A stretch of DNA of 41,027 nucleotides, the filler included, from Orbicella franksi (Eukaryota), in NCBI GenBank assembly GCA_964199315.1. It is 2 parts of 2 records of this genome, joined end to end, with 100 filler letters (N's around TTAATTAATTAA, not from the genome) between each part and the next. Parts side by side here need not be neighbours in the genome. Positions count along the whole stretch, not along the records: positions 1 to 16,738 come from OZ116705.1; 1 more part is not named here. The stretch is one strand, 5' to 3'. Under the pieces are notes generated by a model. The model was not told where the DNA came from. It saw nothing but the letters and a program-made list of their open reading frames with translations, and ran no database searches. Shown here one piece after another: positions 1-12,486 of this stretch. Made by a program: the position numbers and the translations under genes. Position 1 is the stretch's first letter, and the number at the start of each line of letters is the position of its first letter.

Positions 1-1497
1 CCGTGACCGTTCAGATGCTGGTGGAGCAATGTTGGATGTAGGCCAGAGTTTACAGATCAACTTGTACAAGCACATCGAATTCAAAATCGTCGTTAATTTT
101 CTTAATCCTTTTTATTCTGGTTTTGATCCTGGTCTATATTGTGATCGGGCCTATACCAGCATAAATACTCTACTTTGACACGCTTTGCATTTCTTTCTTT
201 TAACAGTTACCCGAGCGTTCGCGTGACAAACGCCACAATGAAATTGACAGGCGAAAATTAAAATAGTTTTAGCTGATCCCATCTCGTCAAGAGCGTCAAT
301 ATCATTTGAAATAAATGGATGCATCTTTTTTTTTTCCAAAATAATAATAATAATTTGTTCCAGCCCTTACTTCAACTGTGCTATTAACATTGCAAGATCG
401 ATAATATTATTTTCTGTAGCTTTTGTTTTAAGAGTCGTTCGTGCGGTTGGCCTGAATTAAACGTTTCCAAGACCTGGTAAACAACATAATTTCAGCGTAA
501 AAAAGCTTCTTGTTACGGCACTACGATCGCTACGTGACTTTGTTATACGATCTACTTCAAATCTCTAGGACTGATCATTTCAGAATGACAGATGGGAGAT
601 AAGCTTCTTCAGCAACTGTCCGTTAAAAAAAATCTTATATATATTAGCCTCCGTAATGGGTCATGCTGGCTCGCACCCTATTGTTTTGGTCTAATTTTGG
701 CAGTTCAGCATTGACTATCACGAGACTAGACTTCAGTATATTCTTTCGTTTACCGCTCTTCAAAAATTCTTTCCTACGTAGCGTTTAACCTTCACGACCA
801 AGCTTCTGACTGTTATTATTTTACGTTTAGAATTACATCCCCTTAGGGGAAAAATTCGTTCTCGTGCCGGCCGGCTTAGCGAAGCAAGAGACAAATGAAA
901 TGTGATCAATTAATTTCCACACAAGCAAGCTTGCTTATCATCGCAATTTCACAACAAGTCTAGCATATCATATGTTTTGGGGCAGAGGTTACCAAATTTC
1001 AAAAATGCGTAACATTTAATTCTGTTAATACAGATCGTTTCAAGGCAATGGAAGCGTTGTAAAATGTCCCCGAAGGCACCAGTATTCGCAGCAATTATTC
1101 CACTATGGATTAGAAATTGTTTTGGAGTTTTGGTTATTTTAAGTATTTTAGTAAAGGTAATATTGATTGTCCTGACTATCCAATATTTTGAAATACGTGA
1201 ATATTTGAAATTAAATCAACTTGTTCATAATGTGAAACGAAACTTGCTTTAAAAAACAAATAACAAGTCCTTCTTGTGTCTTCGGCCAAAAGAAAAGCCG
1301 GAAAAAGCATGATGTAACCAGAAAAAAATAGACTGTTGTCATTATGTAAAAACAACTGCAAAATTTGATTTCAAACGACAATCGCATTTAAAAACCTTGC
1401 CTTGTCTAGGAGCTAAGATGACATTATCCGCATGGCTATTATAAATTGCCCTGGCGTCGACCTGGCGGCCAAATGTGCCAAAGATTTGTTCTGTCAA

Positions 1498-1928
1498 CCA
1501 ATCGTAATGTTTGTCCTTAGTGACTTTTGACACCTCCCTGCTGTTCCTAACCAATCAGACAGCATGGTTTATTTTTGCATACATCGCAAACAGCCGTAAC
1601 TTCTGTCACATGGCTCGGATTGCATTTCAACGTGGTACTTCCGTGCAAGAAAACAACCGCATTTGCAGCAGGTTTTCAAGATCTGGTCGGATAGGAGACG
1701 CCATGCTGATACGGTGAATCGATTTTCAAGCCAAAATAAAAAGAATACAATCGATCTTTCGAAAGAAAGATGCGTACGTGAGGTCGACACGTTTCAAAAT
1801 CGTAGTGTAAACAAAGCTGCTGAATGGGTTTAAAAATAGCGACTGGTATTAGCCAATCACACGTAATCTCATAATAGCTTTGAACGAATAGGAAATGTCG
1901 TAGTATATTCTAGGCAGTTTTGACCAAT
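1498..1928 (+). promoter_or_regulatory. Cluster of four same-strand CCAAT (NF-Y-type) boxes upstream of the ZNF704-like gene
   Basis: aaCCAATcg (1498), aaCCAATcag (1551), agCCAATcac (1853) and gaCCAATcaa (1924) resemble the RRCCAATSR consensus and lie 195-625 nt upstream of the ATG at 2123. Promoter function is inferred. Confidence 0.45.
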
Positions 1929-2122
1929 CAAATAGAGTAATAGATTGTAAATCCCTCTAGGGATGGTGTACACCCCCAAGAACTCCCGTAAAAACAACAA
2001 CACTAGTTTCGTTCGGCGAATTTTGCACGACAAGCGTTTTACCGGTTTCGACGTAACGGGAGAAATATTTAATTTCGGACCAAAAATAGACGAATTGTGC
2101 GGCAGCCGTCAAGGCAAAAAGT

Positions 2123-4768
2123 ATGCTTTCCTCCAGAAGACGACCGAAAAATTCGCTTCTTGGCGTACGTGTCTGTGCTCCTTGGAAAGATGGATTCTTT
2201 TATTCCGGTGTGATTGAGGCAGTGAAAAGCAAGCCTACCGGCGAAAATACTTACACCATTCTCTTCGACGATGATTATATAGCTGAGGTGGACGAAGGAG
2301 ATATCGTTGGACCTGGATTCAGTACAGTTAGTGCTTCGTCCCTGAAAACTGGACAACATGTTTACATCACGTACAAGAATCGAGAACTGAGCGCTCGGGT
2401 GCTCAAAACCCGGTCAGAGTTCAACGAAGTTTTGGTGCAAATTTTGGATTCTCAAGACACGATTGTCGCTGTAAGACCAAATGAGATCCACCTTACGAAG
2501 GGAGAGAAGTTCTCTTCAGCAACGGTGGATCCTGAGTGTGTTAACGGTTCCAAATCGACCGTGTCATGTCCAGTCCCGTGCAAAATAAAAGCACATGGAA
2601 TAAAATCGTGCGAGTAAGTAAGCCTGAGGTCGACGGTCACACAAAAAAGTTTATACCTTGATTTTCGATTTTTTTCTTTTATAGTATTTATTATGTTTCT
2701 TAGTAGGAATTCTGTGGCTAGTAGAAAAGAAATTTATTTCTGCTTTAAGGTTCTATGGAGCGAAATCTTTTTATATTCTTTTGTTATGATGTTGTAAGGC
2801 TATCTCTGTTCTGTACCTCATTGAAAACCTCTACTTTTACACAGAGGCTGCATGAAACGACAAGAAAACGTTACAAGGAGTGAAGAAATGGCTGCTCTTG
2901 TTCTGACCGCCCTGTCTATCTCACCAGTTTTCAAAGACATGGACCAAAGTAAGTTTAAGTAAAGAAACCGTGTTACCAAGATTATTTGATTCGTTATGTG
3001 TCCTCCAGACAGAATCCCGCGCACAAGTTGGTTATTTGCCTTTTAACTCTCGGAGGTGTTCTCACAACGTGAATATCCCTTATTAGCGATCTGATAGCAC
3101 TAAATTCTACAATGATTTTTCTTAACAATTTGTTTTTGCTTTATCATTTTCAGTGGAAGAGACGTGCTTCGGTTATCCTCCAACGCCAGACTCTGGTTCC
3201 GAAATGGCACCGTTTCCAAGCCCGGGTAATTCGCCGGTCCATTCCACTTTTCCCGTTCACCCAAATGATTCAAACTTTTTCATCAACGGTCCCCCTTCAC
3301 CCGTTGATGAGGGAATTGGAGTGGATTTCCAAAGGCAGGACAACTCTCGGAAGAGAAAGGTAAGAAATACAGCGCCGGGCTAGAATAATTTGAAGCGAAA
3401 CTCGCAGAATTAGTTGTTTACATCGTTCCGATATAAGTTACATTCCTTCCTGGTTTGGCGGTTTTAAGCGGGTTTCGTAACAGTTGCATCAGAAAAGCAG
3501 CATCACGGCTTATTTCCCAGATCTTCAAAGCAAATCGTCTTAAACTGTTACGGTTTTTAACTTGGGCCAGAAATGTTCCTAGCAAGAGTTAATCCTATCG
3601 AGGTCTTGTTGTCTACGAGCAATTTCACACCTTCAAATTGCATGTGCTGCATGTGCACGCCATGTCCGTCTCGTGTTGCTGTTTGTTTTGTATTTGTTCC
3701 GGCGATTCCAACTTCTCTCGTATTCCGACGTTTTCCAGATCCCATAGAATTGTACACGTTACTGAGAAGCCGGCAACAAAAAAACTGATCATTTGCATTG
3801 TCTTTACAGGCGTCAACCTCGTCGAATTCAAGTCTGAAGACTTTGTACAAATGTACATGGCCTGGATGCGGGAAAACCCTTTCAACCGCCCCCGGAATCA
3901 TTCGTCATGTTCGAACGATCCATCTTGGGTAAGCTCAGTTTAACTTTGTCACGCTTTCGTGTTGGAATTATTCATTTAAGCTGACTGTAATGAAAAGATT
4001 TAGACAATAATTCCTTCGGTTTGACGTCGATACAGTTTATTAGGAGCATTCGCCAGCGTTGTACCGGTCTACAAGTTTCTTCGGAAATTCATACACTTAA
4101 CCCTGCTAAACAAATCATAAAAATTATTCCTAATACCGATCGGATAGAGTTATAAATTAGTCTTGCAAACGTTCGAGAATCTTTTCGATAAATAGCTGTA
4201 TTCACTCGGAATTGTTTTATCTTATTTATGGATGTTATTAAAGAATGTCTCGCCAAGTGAACCCCGAAACAGAGATGTATTTCAAACGAAGATTTTCGCA
4301 TTGTCTTTCAGGCCTAAACGGGCTACAGAGGAAGGATATAGTGATGGAGAAGAGGATTTTTACTTTAACGAAATAGACTTAGACGAGGATGAATGTAACG
4401 ACAGTGTGTTCCCGTCGCCTCTGGCGCTGTCTCCAACACCAACTCAATCGCACTTTGACATGGTAAAGAGTCCTTGGACTGAACCGGGCGTTGAAACTTG
4501 TCCAAGCGGTTACGACTCACTTCAACATCCTCGCTTCAATTGGGATGTTCAGACACTCGCTCATCTATCGTATGCACCGGCTACAAAGGCATCAAGCGGC
4601 AAGACCAGTCCTCCTGCGAGAGTTCAGCACCACTCCAACCACCATACTCCCTTACGAAAAGTCCGAGGCGAAAGTAAGAAATGCAGAAAGGTTTATGGAA
4701 TGGAAAACAGACATCTGTGGTGCACCCAGTGCCGGTGGAAAAAAGCTTGCGTACGATTCGCAGACTAA
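2123..4768 (+). CDS. ZNF704: ZNF704/ZNF395/SLC2A4RG (HDBP/GEF) family transcription factor with one C2H2 finger and a C-terminal C-clamp; complete, 5 exons, 458 aa
   Basis: Exons 2123-2613, 2845-2948, 3154-3359, 3810-3928, 4312-4768 have GT-AG ends and consistent phases (2,1,0,2); total 1377 nt. Family motifs: N-terminal [10 protein letters not shown] (DUF4772-like), [43 protein letters not shown] (C2H2), [12 protein letters not shown], and [35 protein letters not shown] (C-clamp). The symbol denotes the family, not a specific vertebrate paralogue. Confidence 0.93.
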
Positions 4769-7700
4769 ACGGACAGAACTTATCCATTTTACAGCACCAT
4801 GCAGATATTATATTTATAGCACGTTCGTAGCGCACGGAGTAGCGTGCCTTGAGACAAATGAAGAACATGTATATAGATTAAATATTTTATAAAATCATTA
4901 TATTTTTTATAATCGCAGTCAGTCGATGTAAGACATCTTCTGCGAGCGGAAAGAAGAGATTCAGTCGTTTTACATTGATTAGAGAAAAGCCGGACGTATA
5001 CAAGAAGAATCGAAGATTCGTGTTTTAACACATGCATGGTGCAAAAATATTTTGCGACTTGTTCATGGTTGAACATATATATACTATAAAGAAAACACTT
5101 ATAACCTGTCTCAAGAATGGTAACTTATCGTCAGATGGAAATTCCATCGAGTTAAAGTTATATAGATATCTGGAAGTTTACAGAAAAAAAATATTTCCAA
5201 TAAATTTGCTATGGGGGTTTTTACAGTCAATGTGGTGATTGTCATGTGCCTTTCGATATTTAAAGAATTGTATCAAGCGTGTTTGGATCTACAAGGATTG
5301 GTAGTTTTGTTTCAGTTTCGATTGTAAATTATACGATCGGTAAAGCCCTGCAAGCGGAAATGCAGACAGCCCGTTCCGCTGTTATTCGCGTGATCAGAGA
5401 AGTCTGGCTATAGGCCAATAAGTTCGCACGTGCCGAAAAAACCGGTAAGCGAAGGTTTCCAATGTCGAGAAACAGAGCCAAGAAATCTAGATTTACGAAA
5501 CCACAAGACTCAACTAGGGGATATTTTGAAACAGGCTGCTTCTGCCCCGTTTATTTTCAACAATGAAAACAAATTTGCGCCGCTCATGTTGTTTATCTCG
5601 ATTCCGTAACTTTGTCCTCGGAGCCTTTGCCCTTTGACATGCAGTGTGATTGGTTCCATTTTAAAATGACAATATTGCTCGTCTTTGTCTTCAATCAATC
5701 ACTTTATTTTTGCCTGACATTCAATGAATTTTAATGACCTGTGCATACTAATAATGTATTCTGGTCATGTCCCACAATTTTGCGGTAGTATTATTGCATG
5801 AAAATTTCTCAGAAAACACATAGTGCTTGGTTTTAGTAAATGGTTGGGAAAACGCGTGAATTTCACGCCAAATTTTGCGTTTTCGCGAATTTTTCGATAC
5901 GGTGAATGAAGTAAACAACTTTAAGTAGATTTCATGTGATTGGCTACAACACGGGGGTGTGTCGTTTCCGGTGAAAGCTTAACAATACACAAGCTAGCTT
6001 TGTGTAAAGCCGGCGTTTTGAATAGATCCTCGGCGCTTGTATACGTTTTTTATCGCGCCGACTGGAAAAACAAGCATTATCAACACTGGTAAAACTCCCG
6101 TAAATTGCTTTCTCACTTTCGGTTTCACTTCATGGTTGAAATTGTGATATTCCTTAGAACACGGACGACTATTGAACAATTTTACGTAAACAGGTTTCAA
6201 AATGTAAATTATAAGATGTCAGTTGATAATGGTGGTCTTAATATAATAACTGCTCTGAACAAAAAATTCTATCCCATCTGAGTGGCAGCCTAGCAACTTT
6301 AATATTTTTAGTTTTCGAGTAAACGAAAATATCACACCAAAAGTTGGTTTGAACCTCATTGTTTATGCCGGTTTTTTCTTTTGTTATAAAAGATTCTTAT
6401 ATACTGGCAAATTATTATGTCAATCGTATACAAAATTGATTGAAAAGTCTGTTCTTTGGCGTTGTTTTGACTCGTCTATCAGGTCTTATCTAGAAATGCA
6501 CGACTCCCACATGCCGATCGCGTTTGCATCAGTTTCAGTTTTTCACATCACATGACTTCTGATTGACATGTTAGCTTTTTCTCGTAACGCGAAACTTTCA
6601 TAAATACCGTGCATGTTTCACGTGGTTTGACCAAAAAAAGTGTTAACACAAGTAGCATGGGAAAAGATTAAAACTGGTAAGACCGATTATCGAGTGTTTG
6701 TTGTGTCTTCGCCTCTCAGGGAACAATGTGTGAAAACAGACACATCCAACTTCCGGTTGGAAATAGATTTGACCCAGATGTATCGAATGCACGCTCATCA
6801 AAAACTTCGCTTTATAGACTTTAATGTTCGAATAAAATGCGCAAATGAAGTATATTCTTCAAGGTGGTGAGAGGCCCGTGGAACTTGCAAACTGGATGAA
6901 TACTCTTTGTATCTGTTCTTGACTGATATTTATTCCTGTTTTGTACAGGCACTTCTTCACGTACCTGGACACTCGCACTCTATTTTAAACTCTTTGCGGT
7001 TTACCAGGGCTTCCACGTCTTCGTGGGTTCGCAGAGTTTTTCTCTGTCTTGTACAGAACAATTTCAAGTACACAAGCTAAACAGGGCGCGATTTCTTGAA
7101 GGAGTTTGTTTTTCTGTACCAGTATTTACCCATTGTCTTATTCAAATCGCTTAATCTCAAAAAACAATTACAGTCACAGACAAAAAGTGAACTGGCGAGT
7201 GACCGGTCACGTCCTCTGAAAACATAGTTGATGAAAACATAATCGATGTTGCTCGAGAGAAAGCGCTAGGACAACTTCAGATCGTTCAAACCCGGTAAGA
7301 TGGACGCAAATACAGTATATTCTTCGGGTAATACAATCCTTTCAAGAATTTAGAAACACAATTGTTTTCCAATCGTTCGTGACATGACCCGCCGGCCGGC
7401 ATTTTTCGTTGTAAACAACTACCACGTGACTACAAGTTTATTCAAACCGATTACTATCTTCCTAGACATGGAAATTGAACAGATCTCTTGCATTGCAGGG
7501 AATTTTTTAGAAGTAAAACCCTAAAGCATGAAGGAACTTTTTACTTGATCAAAATGGTATTTTTTTTCGAGTTTGCTTAGTCAGTCCTTTGAATTCCCTG
7601 AGTGAGTGTTCTTAGTATTGTTTTGAAAGAAAATATCTTTGTTCTTGAGGTAGCCTAATTACACATAAACACGCAACTTATTTAATGGGTTCCTTTCACT

Positions 7701-9779
7701 GGATCGTACGCTTTCAATCGCTATCAATTCCAACTTGCACGTAAAACAAGTTTAAAAATGTCAACGTGATGGCTTTGGCGCCATAAGTCTCGCATGATAT
7801 CTGCGAATAACGACTTTCATAATACAACCAGGCCAGGAGCCACGAAAGGTTGATCACCTGTTACTCTATCGATATAAAAAAGAACAAATGTATTTTAGCC
7901 GTTTCTCCAGTAAACCGTGACATTCCCGTCTCTATAAACCACAGAGATCTTTGCGGTACACCTTGAAGTCACACACGAGACGAGAAGAACCTTAGAAATT
8001 ATTTTTAAAGTGTTCTAACGAAGTACACTTGTAAACCACATCATTACCATTGTCCGTTCTTGTAGCGCCATGCAGCGTGGACATGTAAGGCCTTCTTACA
8101 ACCAATGAAGGCAAGAGAGGGCATTAAATATTTGCGTGTAGGTTTCTAATAAATCATGAGTGTCTTCAGGGCCTGTGATCAATATCATCACGGGAGGTAT
8201 GACATGTTCTGTTGTTGACTGGCAAAACGTACTTCACTTCTTTTACTCGGTAACACCAACGTCATAATAACATGAACCAAATGAAATGAGCAAGTGATTT
8301 TAATAACGTGTCAATACACGTCAGTACACTTTATATTCATTGTCATTTTTCACCCTAGGGCCTTCATAATGCAAGGGTGTGGCCGAAACTTTGGATCAGG
8401 TGATATAAGGAAACAGATTTCGCATGAGACCAGTGGCGTAGAACGAGATAAAAGACAGCTTGTACAACTGCTATCCACTCACTGAGGTAAAACGTGTTGT
8501 CCAGCAAAGTCCTTTTTCATTCAACATGCACGGAATCAAAATTAATTGGATACATTACCCACGCGCGGTCAGAAACAAAAATAGATCGCTCTTTGATACT
8601 TTGAACTTCATCCATGACGTGGGGTATAACTTTTCTTTTTTGAAAGACAAGAATGAAAATATATAAGTCTGCGGGATATTAACCAACAAGGCTTCTTTTC
8701 TTGTCTAGCTTACTTTGTTTTCATTTCTCTTCCTTAACCCCTTATCGCTAGTTTCGTCTCACCTTCATAGTTTAAGCCAATTTAAGGGACATTTTTTTTA
8801 AACAATTTGAAAACCTGGTATGTTTTATACAAACAACCGGCTAAAATTTTCATCTGTTTTTTTTTTTTTTTCTAGTGGTCCTTGTATTGGAATTAGTATT
8901 TCTTTCTCTAAGCGCGATCTAACATAACATAACAAGGTTTGAAATGTACATGTGAAGTATGGACCGGTCTACCGGCCAGCGGCACATGTCAGACATGAAA
9001 GGCTATGAAACCAGCTGAAATCACGTACATTGCATTCTTGCGAGGCCACTGGTGATCAGGCGTTCTATTATTATTATTTTTTTTTTTTTCGCGACCCGAC
9101 AGCGAAAAAGAAAGAACGCCTGATCGTTCATTAGGTCCATGACTGTCGACAGTTCCCAAATCATGTATTGTTCTGCGAAGGGACATGTTTTGTAGCAGGG
9201 AACTGACGTCGTGTACATGTTTCATGCACGAAAGAAAATGTACTGGGGGCATGTCGCAGCAACCATAGTGTTTTACCGGACCTTTATAATCGCCAGCTAT
9301 CTTCAAAACGAAGGCTACAAGATTCCTAGTGAGCTTGTGTTGTATCGAACGCCATGGTGCGCGGCAAGTAAGCAGTTAATCTAGGTAAAGTTTTCTATAA
9401 ATTTCCTCAAATTTCTCTACGATCGAGCTATTTTCAACGAGGCATTGGCTCCCGAAATGCGACAGAGTAACTTAATTGCAATCGGGCATTCTATTTTTCT
9501 CGCAAAAGCCTGATCATAGCTTAAGACAGGAATCTGTTGTACTCGAAGATAAAGTCTGAGAAGGTGACCACGAATGTGAAGATCTCAGAAGCTAGTAAAA
9601 TTGATTGAGATTCGTGCCAGGCCTTCAGAGCCCCCTGGTGCCCTCTAAATACGTTCCACTCTGACGGGCTGTCACCTCCTCCACCATGAACGAAAGTTTA
9701 AGGCAATACGTCGTCTGGGCTTGGATATAAGTTGAAATTCTGTATTCTGTTCTGCAATATGCGAAGATTTGCTCTCTTC

Positions 9780-9930
9780 CTGTAGTTGTATAGTCGCAAG
9801 CTACACGCACTCTCATTGGCTATTTCGAAGTTCGAGGTCACATGACATCTAACAATAAAACAGTTTCGCGCCAAAAGTCTCCGAGCCGAGAACATTGCAA
9901 AATTTATGACATAACTGCAAATGTTGACCG
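9780..9930. repeat. Interspersed repeat fragment
   Basis: ctctcattggctatttcgaag...ggtcacatgacatctaacaataaaacagtttcgcgccaaa resembles a repeat I recall as common in coral genomes. Boundaries approximate. Confidence 0.4.
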
Positions 9931-10349
9931 ATAAACGCGGATAATGATTTTAAATTAGATTCTTTTAGTTACTGGTAATTATTCTGCCGTTTTGTGTTTG
10001 TGTTGTCCTTTCCGCTGTTCCGTTATGTAGATATTTGTTATTTTGTTTACTCTAGTGCATTTTTTTTACTCTAGGGATTAATTCAGTTTAGCGATGAAAC
10101 TAAGACAAAACCACGCTCTCTTCCTCCCATATTAAACCGACTGAGCATGAATCCCACAACACATTTTCCCGTCGACCGGGATGAAATTCAAGAAACAAAA
10201 AGCAAACTGGTGCCACAATAAGTTGTATCGTTTGCGACTATCGTAGCCTTTGTTGACTCTTGTAAAGTGGAAACACGTAGACATACAAGAAAAACATTAT
10301 GCCATTTTGGCCGCCATAATGCGAAAGCCAAGCTATTTTGCATAAAAAC

Positions 10350-10520
10350 GTTTCTTCCCGGTTACCCGGGCTGCAGGGTTCATATGGGAAAATTTTCATC
10401 TCAGCTGCCGAGATCTCGGTTAGGCCCGCCTTCTCAAATGAACACATCGAAATTTTTAGACATGAAATAGGAGTGAGGCGAGGTCTCGGTAACCGGGCCA
10501 GCCCGATCCACCGGGCCCTT
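10350..10520. mobile_element. MITE-like fragment with cccggttacc/gatctcggt internal motifs
   Basis: GC-rich block with repeated, partly inverted motifs (cccggttacccggg, ccgagatctcgg, ctcggtaaccgggccagcccg). The short overlapping ORFs here have no recognisable product. Confidence 0.45.
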
Positions 10521-10980
10521 AATCCTGTAACCATTGATTAACCTCTTGCAGCTAGGCACACTTGGGGACGGCTTGTTGTAGGAGTCCTATGTTTCGCAGT
10601 GGTTGTGGCGATGACAACTGTTCCGAAACAGCTTTTGGTGTAATTTTCCGACAATTGCTTCGCGTCATGTTTAACTGATGATCTACGTATTTTAAAAGTA
10701 TTCCATCACAATTTTTACCAACCTTCACAGACTTCAAGTGAACGAAAACTACCTTGTTTAACACCAAACTCCATTCTTATGGTCTAAAATCTCCTCTGAA
10801 GAGTCCTTTTGATAATATCACATATTTTATTCCTCAGTTCAATAATAGTAGTTATATATCCAACGAAAATTTAGGGGAGGAAACAATGATACAGATAGTC
10901 ATATTCCGATAGTCACGATTAAAAAGCGTGCAAACAAACACAAATGCCATGCAAATTGACCGACCCCGTGCAAAAACGCC

Positions 10981-11790
10981 CAGTCAATTATTTCCTTTTG
11001 GGTTTACAAGCCAAAAAAATATATATAAATAAATAAACATATTGAAATAGTCATAAATCGATACGGACATTTTATTTCAGGTCAAGTGATAAAACGTGCA
11101 TAACTTCACAACTCTTTATCTACATCAGGTACTAACCGATCGATGTTTCATTTTTTTTTTTTTACCAAGCCACCGTTTGTAATTGTAGATTATGTGTTTA
11201 GACTCTCGCTATTTATCACTCGTAGGAGAAAAATTATTTTAAAATGAGCAGCTACAAGACAAACGTGTTTTGGCTTTTTTTCAAATTGATTCGTGAGTGG
11301 AACGAATCTGTGATTCAAAGCAAAAGGAAAACACAGTCGTTTTCCGCAATCAGTACAAAGTTCGAGTCGTGATTGTGTTGTTCAGCTAAAACGTGCAGAC
11401 TTACATTCATTGTTTTTTTATACGATCGCGTTTTCAACCATTCACAATTCTTTTTACCACAAGCACGCGTTTAGTTAAGTTTCGTCACGAACGCTCATAT
11501 ATAATGCAATATAATCGAAATATCATAACTCTGAGATGATTCAAATAGCTCAATGTTTGGATTGTTGACATTGTTATATAACTAAGGAACAATGGGCTAG
11601 TCAATAAACGTGTCGCACGTATAACCGGCGTGGTAAACGCCGGCCTGCCTGCGGAGCGTGCAAAATGGCACACTGTATATTTCATTAATTAAGTTAACAT
11701 ATGCTATTGACATTGTATGTTTTCCTTGGACACCCCATGAATCAGCAATTCTGATCAGAAAGTGATTAACAATCTAGTGTTCAGGCTTTC
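10981..11790 (+). repeat. ~800-bp interspersed repeat, copy 1 of a direct pair
   Basis: Begins cagtcaattatttccttttgggttta and aligns by eye to 13641-14412 throughout (e.g. ttttttcaaattgattcgtgagtggaacgaatctgtg; gaacaatgggctagtcaataaacgtgtcgcacgta; gaatcagcaattctgatcagaa). Confidence 0.9.
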
Positions 11791-11799
11791 GCTGACCAT

Positions 11800-12055
11800 C
11801 GCTTTGACGTTGCAATAGAAAGCAAAGCACACCACGACCGCAATGGCAACGAGAAGGTTTAATGAGTAGAACAATGGCTGTGCACGTGATTGTTGCGTTT
11901 TCAAATTTCTCCGGCGTAGTATGGATCGCGGACGAAAAACATTTGATGCGTTTTCAGACTAAAACCTCCGTTTTCAAATTTCTCCGGCGTTAGTGTGGAC
12001 GCACCGTGAGTTCTGTGCATTTTGGAGAACGCGAGCGACGGCGACTAATTTCAAG
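11800..12055. repeat. Short repeat (gcaacg/gagaacgcg family) interrupted by a ttttcaaatttctccggcg MITE fragment
   Basis: The flanks resemble 14420-14580. An internal segment (~11892-12005) containing two copies of gttttcaaatttctccggcgt is absent from the second copy. Confidence 0.5.
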
Positions 12056-12486
12056 CCAAGATCCTGTTTGGTGGGCGTGGCTTGAAATATTTTCCTCCCC
12101 TAAGAGGTACCAATTCTAGAACAACAAATTATCTCCTACCATAGTTTTTTTCGGCTCAATACACGAAAAGGTATCGCAAAAAGTTCCCGCTGTGAACCTT
12201 TTGAGGTTGAACACCCTGAGAGGTACCAAATCTGCTTTTTTAACCCCTAAAAATATTGGAGGCACCCCCCGAGAAATACCCATCATCCAATGTAACTTTG
12301 TTGAAACGTAAAAGATCATTTTTTTAATACTCATCGTATGACATGTAAAATGGTTATCATAACTTGTCCATGATCACTTCAAGTTGTGCATGTTGAATCC
12401 TTTAATGCGTTAAGTTCACACGAATCCTGCTTTCTGTACAGTACCATACGAAGGTTGACGAGAGCTCAGCCCCCCTGATCTTTCCT

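Noticed and set aside
151-339. 62-aa minus ORF with several Cys (CQFHCGVCH...KCKAC)
   Set aside because: No recognisable zinc-finger spacing, no convincing splice partners, and the start lies in a poly-T run. Cannot be supported as coding.
1064-2217. Short ORFs upstream of or overlapping the ZNF704-like start
   Set aside because: No homology or coding-like composition; they lie in promoter/5'UTR sequence or alternative frames of the real exon.
3557-3943. Four overlapping ORF-track ORFs
   Set aside because: The real exon (3810-3928, C2H2 finger) is in a different frame; these are shadows.
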